Below, piece by piece: positions 47,901 through 59,873 of a stretch of DNA of 64,000 bases (the stretch's first letter is position 1; every line of letters starts with the position of its first letter). The translations under genes were made by a program, and so were the position numbers. Under the pieces are notes generated by a model, which saw only the letters and a program-made list of their open reading frames with translations, was not told the origin of the DNA and did no database searches. Source of the DNA: Phallusia mammillata (taxonomy: Eukaryota); the NCBI GenBank assembly GCA_965637545.1, contig OZ281497.1, positions 20,956,001-21,020,000 on the forward strand. Direction: 5' to 3'.

Positions 47901-50900
47901 CGCTTTCAATACACACAATAATTATTTTGAAAACATGACTAAGTTTCTATGATTTTAAAGAGGCCTGGATTTTTGACTAGCCTGTAGGCACGACACGTGC
48001 CTACTTTGCCTAATGGTTAATCCATCACTGGACTTGGGGCAAACTGACAATTTTTGATAAAAAATTTATTGCTTTTTCATATTACGTCTGTTTTATATAT
48101 GCTGTTCGTTAAATGTTTTCAAAAACACTGGACTTTATTTACAAATAAGCCCAAACTGCAATTATTTTGAAATCCTTTTTCGTACCCCGAGCTTTGGCGA
48201 TTTGCACCCCTGTGGGTTGGGGGTGCTCTAGGGAGTGGTTAAAACCCCTGGGCTAAATATTTCCAAAAAATTTACAGACATTAAAAAAGGTTTGCCTCCT
48301 GCATTTTTCTTTTCGATACAGGGTATATTATACACTTATGTTTACATGCTTGCGAGATCGCAACGACAACACATGAATTAAAGCCTTTCATTTAAGCAAA
48401 AGAAGCTCACCTGCTCTGATTTTCGGATTGTCATAGTGGGTTTCCATCACAACATACTTTGGGTCGCCTGGAGTGCCTAAAGAGTATCCGGTATGCTTGG
48501 GAAAGTGGAACGCCTAGTGAAACGGCAAATGAAAAAAAATAGTCACTTTGTTCCAGAATAAAACAGTTGCGCGCAAATTTATACATCAGTGAGAAAATGA
48601 ATGGTGGTTTCCTAAATTACCCCTCCGCCGATGGCCCATGCAGCAACGATTGACTGACAGGTTTGAAAATCTTCGGGCATATTGCTTCCATAGCATCTTG
48701 TATCCTGATTTACATTGGTCTGTGGATAAGAAAAAGACTGGTTGGTGGGCGCACCTATCAAGTTGGAAACGGGGACGAATGTGTACAACACACGAATGAA
48801 AGGAAGTTCTCACAGAAACATATAGTTATATTGTGTTTGAACTGTTTCTGTTGAACTGCGTTTCTTTACCCCGAGTACACAAACCTAAATTGCAAAGTAC
48901 AAGAATACTTATGTTTAATTTGCCGTTTGTTATTGACTTGCAATTGTAAGTAGTTACATTCTTTATTAGAATTTAAAAGCAGTTTATAAAATCTGACAGA
49001 AAAACCATGATTGTCACGCTAAGTACCAATCACAACCACGCGTTCTCCAACACTGCCACGTCAGTTCAACACACGGAAACACTGGTGAACCATGAGTGAG
49101 TGCGACCATAGGCGTCGATTTAGGGGTGACCGGGGTGACATGTCTCCCCTCCTGAAAAAACAGGGGTGACAACATATGTATTGTCTCCCCTGTTTTTGTT
49201 TAAAATAAAGTATTTCCAGAAAGACCACATACACGTCTATACCGTAAAGTAGTTGAAACCGGCTGTTTGTAAGATTGAAGGTCACAATCAATGACAAACG
49301 CAAGTGTCTCGTGGTTTGTTACGTAACGTAACAATGGTTGCAGTTACAATCGGCATTGTTATGTGATTGTTTTATTCCCAGTACTGGCTGGTTGTTCAAG
49401 TATCTTATATTTGCTTTATGTTAACTGCAGGAATGACTAGTCAAACAAATATTATAGGCATTTTTGCAGCCAAAACGCAAGCAACTCTCGAATAAGACGT
49501 TGCCAGTTTAATGTTGAGTAGTTTAGTTTAAAAATCGTCACATACAATGTAAATGAACATCTTGAACAATGTTTACTTAATTCCTGTGGCAACTTCACTA
49601 TCTGTCTGTGCGGAAGTTTGCTATATCTGCAAACTTTGTTTCGTTTGTTTAACCCAGGGGTCACCAAACTACGGCCCACATTTTTTTGGATTCATAGGAT
49701 TACAACGCCCAAAATAGACCACAACCAATTTGTTACGTCACAGACGAGACTACAAGTGTTAATTGTGCGCGAACAATTGCATTCTTTTGTTACTTGTGAC
49801 GTAATATACGAGCATTGCTCGTCAGTTGATGCTAACTATACAATTTAACAGTCGGATCACCAGATTTTAAATGGGATTGTAGAAAGACCATATTTTGGCC
49901 CACCTATGAAAATCGCATCGCGGGCTAAGTATGGAAAGACGGCGCTAGAACATGTTAACTATGCGGCTCGCGCGAATCGTTATTAAAGTTATCCGGCCCG
50001 CAGTGTAAAACGTTTAGTGACCCCTGGTTTAACCGAATAAGGGTCATAACCTAGATCGTGCGGTCGCCAGGGCAACGGAGCAGTTAACGCAACTGCTTTG
50101 TGTTCCTAAGATTGTGGGTTTTAACGGCTGATGGATGTTTCCAAAACATGGAAAGGTCTCCCCTAAAATTTTGCAAATAATTAAAAAATCGACGCCTATG
50201 AGTGCGACATAATAATAATTTGTTAACACATTTATTTGAGTTGGCCTCTAGTTATGCTGAAGAAAGTGTGCAATGCATTTTATTAAAGCCCCAGAAGCAT
50301 GTTTACATAACAGCATACTTACTATGTTGACGTCGTCTTTGCATTGATAAACAAGCATGTGATGAACGTTAAGCTCATTTCCGTTTTGGATAAAGGGTTC
50401 AATCTATACAGAATAAATAACACAGAAAAAATATTATATACAATATATCTATTAACGCATTTTTTATTATCTTGCACACCTTCACCAAATGGTGCTTTGA
50501 AGTTATTTCAGGAAGCTTGAACATGCGACAGTTATAGTACGTGTCCATAGCTGGTATCAGGAAGTTGTGATTGAGCAGATCAAATGAGAGATGTGTTTCC
50601 CCTTCTGGAAAGGCATCTTCATCACTTTCGGTAGGATTTAACAGCAGAAGGTTTTTAACCCCTAAAAAGTTTTCGTAGTTAGGAAAACTAATTGTAAAGG
50701 TAATGTAAGCAGTGTAGTGAAGATTAGGTTCATATGGCAGTAATGTCGATTTCCCTATTTCATTTTGGATTACCGTGTGCTCGCCAATTCAAGGGATGTT
50801 ATTTCTGCAATAACTTCATAAGGTCGCTTCTTTACCGACTAGTCGGAAAAAGTATTGGAATGCCTGTGGGCTGTCCTCAAGCTTTTTCGGCGAAACCAAA

Positions 50901-52893
50901 TGCGGAAAGCGCTTTCTAAACTTTTCTACATATTTTCAAAAGATGAAAAGTGTATATAGCGCGCCACAAAACTGAGCGTAAGTTGCACTTTCCGTTCAAA
51001 CTACAAAAAAAGAAATCATTTTGCTGAAATACAGTTCACCATGCTACCAGAGCACCTGCCGAAAAAACAGACTTGCCAAAAGACAACGCGCGCTTGTTAG
51101 GGGTAGGAAAAAGCTATACATTTGAAAAAGTTAATTGCTAATAGTGCTCAAGGCAGAGCGTTGGAATGCCACGGGGTGTTTGAGTCCAAACACATGTAAG
51201 TAAAAAGTTTCAAACCCGCCTACCTCTATCAGTAAATTTATGTTGGTCGCCTTCACTTAGGTCATTTCCAGATGGATCTTCGTCACCCCAAGCGAATATC
51301 AGTTTTACCGTGTCAGCCTAACATAGTACAATATATGAAGTATTTTATACATGTAAAAAAGTGTTAAAAACTCCTTAAGCTGTTTATTACCTATTTGTAC
51401 TCTAATGTTAGCATGGTTTTATTAACGGCACAATGTTTGCTTAGGGCTTACCTTAGGCAATCAAAACTGCTTGTGTCATCGGACTATATTTAGACAGGTT
51501 CAATAGTTTCGATACATGGGTCGTGATAATACTGTTTGCGATGATTTGGACTTTAAACGCCGCGTTTCACGTGACAAACAAGCTACAACGCTATACTTGG
51601 CTATAAAGAGGTAGAATATGAAGCATAACAATACCATTTCATACCGTTATATCAACATCTTCGCTATCACAGGGGACGAGTAAACGACGAAACTTGATCA
51701 CAGTGTAACCATCGACTTCAATTCCCTCCAAAAACTCAATATTCTGAAGTGTGTCTAAAGATGGGTATCCATTGTAGCTCAAGCCATGACGATCCTAAAA
51801 TGAAACTCGAAGTTACAAAATGTCTGGAACTGCATGCTAATAGTTCTAAATCAATTGGGATTACTAAATACAAATCTGATCACTATTCCTGCGATAATTT
51901 TTCATCATTTGTTGCCTAAACTTTGAGCTGAATTGAGTTTATTTCGCCGTGTGAAGCAAATCGTGGGAGCAAAATTGAGCTAAAATGTTCACCAAGCTGG
52001 AAATTGAATAATAATGTTATTTTTCCATCACTTGTCACAAACTAACACAGGTAAATTTTACATCAGCATGTTGAAAGCGTGACATGGACCGGTTACTAGA
52101 ACTTTTTGACAGAATGTCGTGATCTTCAAATTAAAAGTCCTATTGTCATTCGTTCTACACACTCACAAGTCTGCAGATGTTTGCTGGCATTCGCAATTGT
52201 TGTAGTCAGTCACACAAACATTACTTACCGTAAGTATTGCCATCTCATTTTTCACCCAGCCGACAACAATATCAGCGTCTGCCATACTTCCTGATGGTGA
52301 AATGCCTATTCCAACCCAGCCCTGTGTCTTGCAATGAACCTTAAATAAAGGTGGAGTTACTTTAGGTTTTTGAAACTGATCTGTTGATGTTTGCCACTGT
52401 GACATCACAATCGTTGACAATTACAATAATGGAGTTGTCGAATGCGATATTGTGCATGCTACAGTATACTAATCACAATGCCAACAGTAATATTATAAAC
52501 GTATTTTTTATTTCAGCAACGTCTAAGTCAATAGTAAACAGGCTTTTAAACGCAAGTGTTAATTTACGACATCTATCAACTTTTTGCCCAAAACAGCGAT
52601 CGAAAACTGATTCAAATAGTAGTCAGCAAGCCAATGGCTTCGCAGTGCTATTACAACATATTAAATAATTAAAACAAGCACAAGCATTTTGTTTCAATTA
52701 TTACGAACAGGCGAAATCTAGCCTATTTACCGACCTCGAAAGTGATAGTAGTGTTGTCAAAGTTCCAATATAGCATCATAACTTGGTTCTCGTCCAATAC
52801 CACGTGGTGTGCAAAACTTTCTGTCGTATTGGGTTGGCACTGAGTCAAGCCAAGCAAACACAAAACAGTTAGAATTTGCAAATGGGAAACCAT
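44982..52893 (-). CDS. MOXD1: DBH-like copper monooxygenase (MOXD1-like) paralogue 2, 658 aa
   Basis: 15 exons: 52893-52735, 52339-52229, 51794-51645, 51317-51224, 50661-50480, 50403-50323, 48719-48621, 48513-48411, 47332-47163, 46982-46888, 46450-46294, 46122-45992, 45804-45708, 45619-45521, 45230-44982. All GT-AG, open frame. VHH, ETHY, HSH and EMC intact. Symbol is family-level only. Confidence 0.92.
47656..48030. mobile_element. hAT-type MITE (375 bp) in intron 8 of paralogue 2
   Basis: TIR CAGTGCCGGATTAA / TTAATCCATCACTG (12 of 14); perfect 8-bp TSD GACTTGGG. Confidence 0.85.
49107..50200. mobile_element. hAT-type non-autonomous element (host of a nested MITE) in intron 6 of paralogue 2
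   Basis: Perfect 15-bp TIR CATAGGCGTCGATTT; perfect 8-bp TSD AGTGCGAC (49099-49106 and 50201-50208). Confidence 0.9.
49655..50026. mobile_element. hAT-type MITE (372 bp) nested inside 49107-50200
   Basis: TIR CAGGGGTCACCAAAC / GTTTAGTGACCCCTG (14 of 15); perfect 8-bp TSD GTTTAACC. Confidence 0.9.
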
Positions 52894-53935
52894 GGCGGAT
52901 TATGCCAAGTGCTATAACGGCCTACCTGAGGCACAAAGCTACAACTAGTTATATACGCGAGATTTTATTGCAGTCACGCGACGAAGCAACTCGAGCAGAA
53001 CAACAAACAATCGAATCACATAGCTTCGACGTCGCTTATTTCCAGGTTACAGGTTAAGTTAACAGCGCATTGATGATTACATAATTTTACACCTCACGCT
53101 ATTTTAGGCTGGTGCCGATGTTTTATCAGGAGTTAATAAGAAGCCCAAGTTCGCGTATGTTTGCGGTTCAGTGCACACAATTCACGAGGTGAAATAGGTG
53201 AGGCCAAACAAAACAGCCTTTATCTGAGGTCAAACAGTACCAAACCTAAATGTAACACAGCAATATTCTTTGTCGACATTATAGTGTAACGGTGTTTTAA
53301 ACTGCCAGTAAAAATGCATTCGTTAGCGTTATTTTTTGCCTAATGTTTATTTGAGAAACCACTGGTTGATAACTTGCATGATAATCTTAAACATTCCTCT
53401 GCAATACGTCAATCATCCTGGCTTTCTGCAACAGAACAATGTCGCGTACATATCCCAAAGGTAAATTACGTAAAGTTTATTTATAACCACTACGCCGGTG
53501 CTACCATGTACGTATTACACTGTTTGCTAAAAGTGATTGCAGCTTTCAAAGTCCAATTAAATATATTTCAGAAAAATGCATCATTGAAATGACATCATCC
53601 TCGTCATATAACGTGTTTATAGAAGGTTAAACTTAATTGTATACTTTTGATGTGAGCATATAGTAACCGTACGATTGCTCTTTTTCTAATGACATTTAAA
53701 CAATTAAACTTAGTTACTGTGTGTAACCAAATTGTTTTTTTTAACAATTTAGGCCTTTACAGTAAAGTTGGTAGTTTAGCGTATGTTTGTAGAAAGTATT
53801 AATATTGTTATAAAATATAATTGGCTGGCATAAATTATACAGTGTGTAAACAGTTGAAGTGAGGGATATTAAATTAACCGTCGAAATCAAAAAGAAACAA
53901 CAAACCCAGATTATCTACTGAGACACTCATTGCAT

Positions 53936-56900
53936 TTAAAAACCGTTGAAAGTTTGAAAAACGATTAACACAAACACAGTCACAAATGAAAACATGGATG
54001 TAAGTTTCGTAGCAGAGCTAGTCGTTTCTTCTTCTTGAATAGGAGTAATAGGAGTAGTCGTTTTCATAGTTGTTGTGTTATCGGGAAGATGAGTTGTAAT
54101 GGTATCATGAATAGGAGTTGTAGTGAAAGAGTTGCTTGAACTGTCGGTGGTTGTGTCAGGAGTTAAATCGGAGCAGTTGTTTGTAGGCTCAACATACGGA
54201 TGGTCGATTTTTGGAGGCGGCCAAACCGGTACAATCTTCAAACATGTGAGTTTTTTTATAGTTGGAATTTCAAGAAGTTTTAGACAATTCAAAAGTTTTG
54301 AGACAAAAGTACTACTATTTAAAAGACAAAAAAGTTCGATTGAGTAAAGTTGGTAATCAAACATAATCGAGCTCTTGAAATTGTTAATTATTATAAGCGA
54401 TAGAAATGACCAACCTCGGAAGGATATTCTCCGGTGGAATAACAGTTTTGTCTTCTCGCCATTGATTTTACAGCTAAGCTAAAATCATCAGCAGATTGTT
54501 CGTCCCAGTTTATCTAAATAAAATAAAATAAAATCAATAAGATCCTGCACACAAGCAGTGAATATGAGTTCTAACACTTCAGAGCTAGATAACTTCTCAA
54601 ATAGTATACAACTTAACTTAGGAGAGAGGATAGAAATTTTAACTTTTAAACCTAGATACTGTCTTCTTTTACGATAACGTACCGAATTAAGAACTTCCAA
54701 TACTGTTAGATTGGCGTATTCAGGGGGAGTCAGTATCACCAAATCACCCAAGGTCGGCATATCAACTCCTTCTGGTAAACTTCAAAAATACGAATTTGCG
54801 CTGTGAGGTGCCTGAAAGTATCTCACTAAAGGCAGTTTTTTATTATTTCAAACCGTTAAGTGTTTTACCTCACTAGGCCAATCCCGAAATATGGAAGCAA
54901 ATCAAACATGGCCGGTTGTGTTTCACAAAAGGCCAACGCTATTCTTGGATAGTAATAAACGTAAGAAACGCACATCTCTTCACTGGTCGACAGTCCTCCC
55001 TGAATAATTAAACAGATGCAACATTTGTGATCTAGGTTTAGAGACATACAAATACCTACACTTTTCTACTACTTACTACTGTCACGTCGGTCCTGCCAAG
55101 CGAATTAGAGTTGCAAACCATCTGCAATGAGTCACCCATCTTAACTACCCTTTCCTCCGGTAAAAACCGAGTCTCTTGAAAGTTAAAGTCGTATGAAGAA
55201 TCTTTGGCTAAGTAGGGAAGTTCCGTGCCATTCCTTGAAAAAATCAATAAGTCTTAACAAGATGCCAAACCAACGCTTGCAGTCTTTACAGTTCGCACAG
55301 TTGTTAATTATTCCTCAAAAATAACAACATCAGAATTAGGAGAAACTAACTTAAAAGTCAAAGAAATGGCGAGGGTCTTACCTGACATGCCTCAATGTAA
55401 GAGCATGGCCCAGCAAGTGACTGTGTAACATAACTGCAAACACATTCAAGGAGTCTTTACCTTCCCTCTTGAAATGCTGCGTTCAAAAAATAGAATATTC
55501 GTTTTTTTTTATTTCCATATCAAACTATTTATGTTCTTACTGTATCCAAACAGTTGCTAGAGCACTCGCCGTAATCGAGAAACGATTCGGCGTTTGGTGG
55601 TATAATGTGAGAAAAACCGCTGACAATATGTCCGACTTCAAGTATACCGGCGTCATATGTGCGCAGGTCAGGTGTGTAGTAAAAGCGTAATCCAGATGAG
55701 TCGACGATATCTATTATGATATAACGAAAGGTAGCACTTGGGTGAATATAGATAAGTGCCTGTATGATATTTTTTTTATTCACAACAATATACATGCATC
55801 AACATTCTTTTAAACATCCACCTGCTTTGATTTCGGGATTGTCATAATGAGTTTCCAAAACAACATATTTGGGTGCGCCTGGGCTTCCCAATGGATATCC
55901 AGCGTGTTTAGGATAATGAAACGCCTAAAGTAAAACACAAAATATATATTATCCAAACCCCTTCACGAATTACAAACAGCTTATTAAACATCATCAAAGG
56001 TTTATTTTGCAATTACTTACGGCTCCTCCGATTGCCCAAGCCACAACAGGAAACGAGCAACTGTGAAAATCTTCCGGCATGTTGCTGGTGTAACATTTCG
56101 CGTCTTCGTTAATAAGAGTCTGGGAAAAGTCTTAAATATTAAAACCTACGAAGTATTGATAAATACCCTTTATAGCACATTGTATTAAACATTAAGCAAT
56201 ATTAACGTGAAGCAGCATATAGCACTTTTATAAACATAAAACCTACTATATTGGCGTCATCGGTGCAGTGGTATACCAGTATGTGGTGAACATTGAGTTC
56301 GTGGCCTGCCTGAATAATTGGCTCCACCTATAACAACAGCAACTCAATAATAAAATCAGGCACTGCATTGTTGTCAAGGGTTAAACAACCTTGACCAAGT
56401 GATGTTTGGCTGGCATGTCAGGTATTTTTAGTAAATGACAATTATAATAAGTATCCACAGCTGGAACGTGAAAGTTGTCGTTGAGAAGGTCAAATGTCAA
56501 ATGGGTTTCTCCTTCTGGAAACATGACTTCGTCTCTTCCCGCTGGATTGAGAAGCAACATGCTTTTGACTCCTAAAATTTTGTCGAAGAATTTACATTTT
56601 GGAAATAGAAATAGATTCAACCATTGCCGAGAATATTAAATCCAAAAAAGTGCATCATTTTTGCCCACAGAATCAAAAAATGCAGCATTATTGCCTATAC
56701 CCTATTAACTTAGTTTTACATAGAAAACGGATTATGATGGTAGTGGTTATAAACCGGCACTGAATGCCTAAGTTTACTGCTTATTTATTATTCAGGTATT
56801 TGTTATACATTTTTACAAGTTCCTTTCAGTAATCAATAGCGAGTTTAGCATCAATTTCCATCCAAACTATTGTAAAAAAAAAGTTAAATTGTTGGTAACA

Positions 56901-58226
56901 AACTGTGCTTTATTTGTCATATTCACCTAAAACTTTTAGTATACTGGAATCAGTCTGTGATATTGGTTAGGCAATGTACTAAAAATCGATTTCGTTACGG
57001 GTATGTTGGCAACATCAGTTCTAAACAAGTCAGTTATAAGCTAAATAACGTAACTTTTTGAACCATTTAGGGCAATTTTATGGTCTAACCTTTGTTGGTC
57101 GCAGCATGTTGGTCACTAAAAGTTAAATCATCTCCTGTTGGATCGTCAACTCCCCAAGCATATATCATCTTTATCGTGTCAGTCTAGAATTTGTGGTAAA
57201 GTTTAACCAATGATTAAGCTTTGTCGCGATGATTTTACCTCATTCAATTAATCTTTAACTCTGAACAAATTTGCTTATTCGGCAATTCCATTGCTACTAA
57301 ATCGATATTTCATTTGAGCCGAAAAAATGTTTTCTTCGGCATAATGGTACAACCTGCCCTTTTATTGTCGCCTAGCTCAAAAACGTTAATAATAAACAAG
57401 CCATGGGCAGCAGTGCTAACCGTTATGTCAACGTCTTCGCTGTCACAGGTGGCGAGCAAACGGCGAAATTTGATCACAGTGTAACCATCGACTTCCATTC
57501 CCTCCAACAACGCAACATCTCGGACTGTATCCTGAGGTGGGTAACCGTTGCTTTGCCCACCATGGCGATCCTGAAGTACAATAGTCATATGTACAAATTT
57601 ATTTACTTCAGGAGTATGTCTACTTACTGTCAGTGTTGCCACTCCGTTTTTCACCCATCCGACTATAATATCGGCATTAGCCATGCTTCCAGATGGTGAA
57701 AAGCCGATGCCAACCCATCCTTCGGTTTTACCGTGTATCTAAAAATGTAAAAATGCAAGTGTTAATAAATTTTTGGCCGAAAAATATATGCAATATTGCA
57801 TCTAATCTGTAATTTAGAACAAAGTTGTCAAACTAACAAAAAATGTAAATTTCGGCCCAACGGGTTTGCTAAACATAAGCGATAATTGACTCTGAAATGA
57901 TGTAATAACATATTATCTACGTTCGTGCAGAGAAAGAGTAACTAGATGAGAGGCTCATTGCACAAGGGCATTTTGCCTCATTGGTTGTTTTACCTCCGCC
58001 AAAGGTCTCAAAAAGTCAATACACGATAATTCGAATTATGAATCAGCTCAGATAAAAACGTTTTCACCTCAAATGTAATAGAAGTGTCGTTAAAGTTCCA
58101 GTACAGCGTCATAACATCGCCTGCATCGAGAACAGCACTATGGGTAAAAGCCTCTGTCGTGTTGGGTTGGCATTGCGCCATAGTAACCAAACACAAAACA
58201 GCATAAAATTGCAGCCAACACAACAT
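53936..58226 (-). CDS. MOXD1: DBH-like copper monooxygenase (MOXD1-like) paralogue 3, 675 aa
   Basis: 15 exons: 58226-58068, 57738-57628, 57570-57421, 57183-57090, 56571-56390, 56327-56247, 56119-56021, 55924-55822, 55710-55541, 55476-55382, 55233-55077, 54999-54869, 54779-54683, 54513-54415, 54235-53936. Open frame; all Cu ligands present; long Ser/Thr stalk and hydrophobic tail. Symbol is family-level only. Confidence 0.92.
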
Positions 58227-58896
58227 ATTGAAGTGACGACTTCGGTTAAGTTAATTCTAAAACGACAACCTGCACAAAGCAATGATTCACTCAAATGTAT
58301 TTTCATAAACTAAAAACAATACTAATTGCTATCAAAAAAAATCTATCATTCAATTGTTTTTAGAAAACATGTCTTTAAGTAAAAAAAAATCACAACAGCA
58401 TTGTCAACTGGTGTACAAGTATTGTAGCAATAGTTGCCCCGTAAATGCTAACGAGCATCTTTTTATGCCGGCAAGCGTTGCAAGCATCACATGATATGTC
58501 ACCTGATCCCAAGAACAAACAATACCGCATTTACCTCATGATCAAGCGACGTAATGTCTTTCCGCAACCGTTAAAGATAAACATTTTCTTACCCGGCGTA
58601 CCACAGGTTACTTGTTTTTTCACGGGACCTCTAGTTAATAAACAGCAACTTTTAGTGTTATAACGACGTAATTATTGGTCAGTAATATAAAAATAACGCT
58701 ATACGACCTGTTGTCGATTTTAAGCAGAGTATTCAAGTAAATTACGTTTTAGCACAAAGTTTAGTGGCGTTTTCGGACAGAAGATTTTCCGTTTTGTGTC
58801 ACATTTACCGTGTAACTATCGTGAATGTTTTTAAAAAAGGCCTAAAACTGAGTTAACCTTATAGCACATTCAGTGCCCAAACCATATATTGAGCTA

Positions 58897-59080
58897 CTGT
58901 AAACTTAGGTTGAACTGGATTCGGTTAATACAGATCTCCGCCTAATTCGGACAAAACTCAAAGTACAAATGATTTTAATGTGGTTGGGCTTGAACTAATC
59001 GACAACGGTTATTTCGGATCTTCGCCTGATCCGGTCAATTTTTTTGGTCCAAAGGGGTCCAGATTAATCGACGTTTACTG
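58897..59080. mobile_element. Old pogo/Tigger-like MITE
   Basis: TA on both sides; termini tactgtaaacttaggttgaactgg versus reverse complement tacagtaaacgtcgattaatctgg (18 of 24). Confidence 0.6.
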
Positions 59081-59248
59081 TAATTCTATCGCTTTACAGT
59101 ACCAAAATCTTGACAAATCACCTTCCAGGATGAGCATGTATTGCAGTATTTTGTAACACTTAATCACCTGTTCTGGACAAAATGCTAAAACAAAAATGAT
59201 TGTCCTAATAGTTCGTTATATTAAAATTTATTTCACAATGATTTAGGG

Positions 59249-59463
59249 CAGTGGTTCTCAAACTTTTTTATTGTCGGGGCCAAATGGTATTTTTTAAGTG
59301 TGTAGAGAGCCGCAAAAAACGAAACCTTGAGAAAATCACTAAAGATTATTACTTTGAAAGATAAAATAGCAATGTTTGGTGGTTTTCTGAGGTCTGGTGC
59401 GAGCCGCAAAATAAGTAGTTGGGAGCCGCAAGCGGCCCCGAAAACCGAGTTTGAGAACCACTG
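59249..59463. mobile_element. hAT (Charlie-like) MITE, 215 bp
   Basis: Perfect 16-bp TIR CAGTGGTTCTCAAACT; perfect 8-bp TSD ATTTAGGG. Confidence 0.92.
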
Positions 59464-59873
59464 ATTTAGGGTGACTAAAGCGTATCGCTAAAATGTCCGA
59501 ATATATACTCAGCCACAAGATTGCAACATTATAATAAAAGTGTGTAAAGTAAAAATGAACACTGTAAGTGATTTGCCAAGTGATTCATTCGAAAAGATAA
59601 ATTTAGAGATTCTGAAATGGTTGCGAGACGTTTTGATCAGAAAAATTAAAGGCCAAATGTAAAACAATTAAAAGGAAACTTGTTGTTTACAGGATGTTTA
59701 AATGCACTAAACGAGCTGAATGATCATGATATTTAAATGCCACATTTTTGTCCGGTTGGCAGAATAGCTAAATTAAAAATATACCATATATCCGTTATCC
59801 GGATAGTAGAAATTATTCACTTTCGAACAAACCCTATGTACGAGTTCTTTTTTGGGGACTTTTGAAAGATAAA

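Noticed and set aside
54780-54812. Upstream acceptor (tactttcag at about 54812) for exon 13 of paralogue 3
   Set aside because: It shifts the reading frame relative to the conserved exon-13 coding frame; the acceptor at 54780 gives the 97-nt exon size shared by all paralogues.
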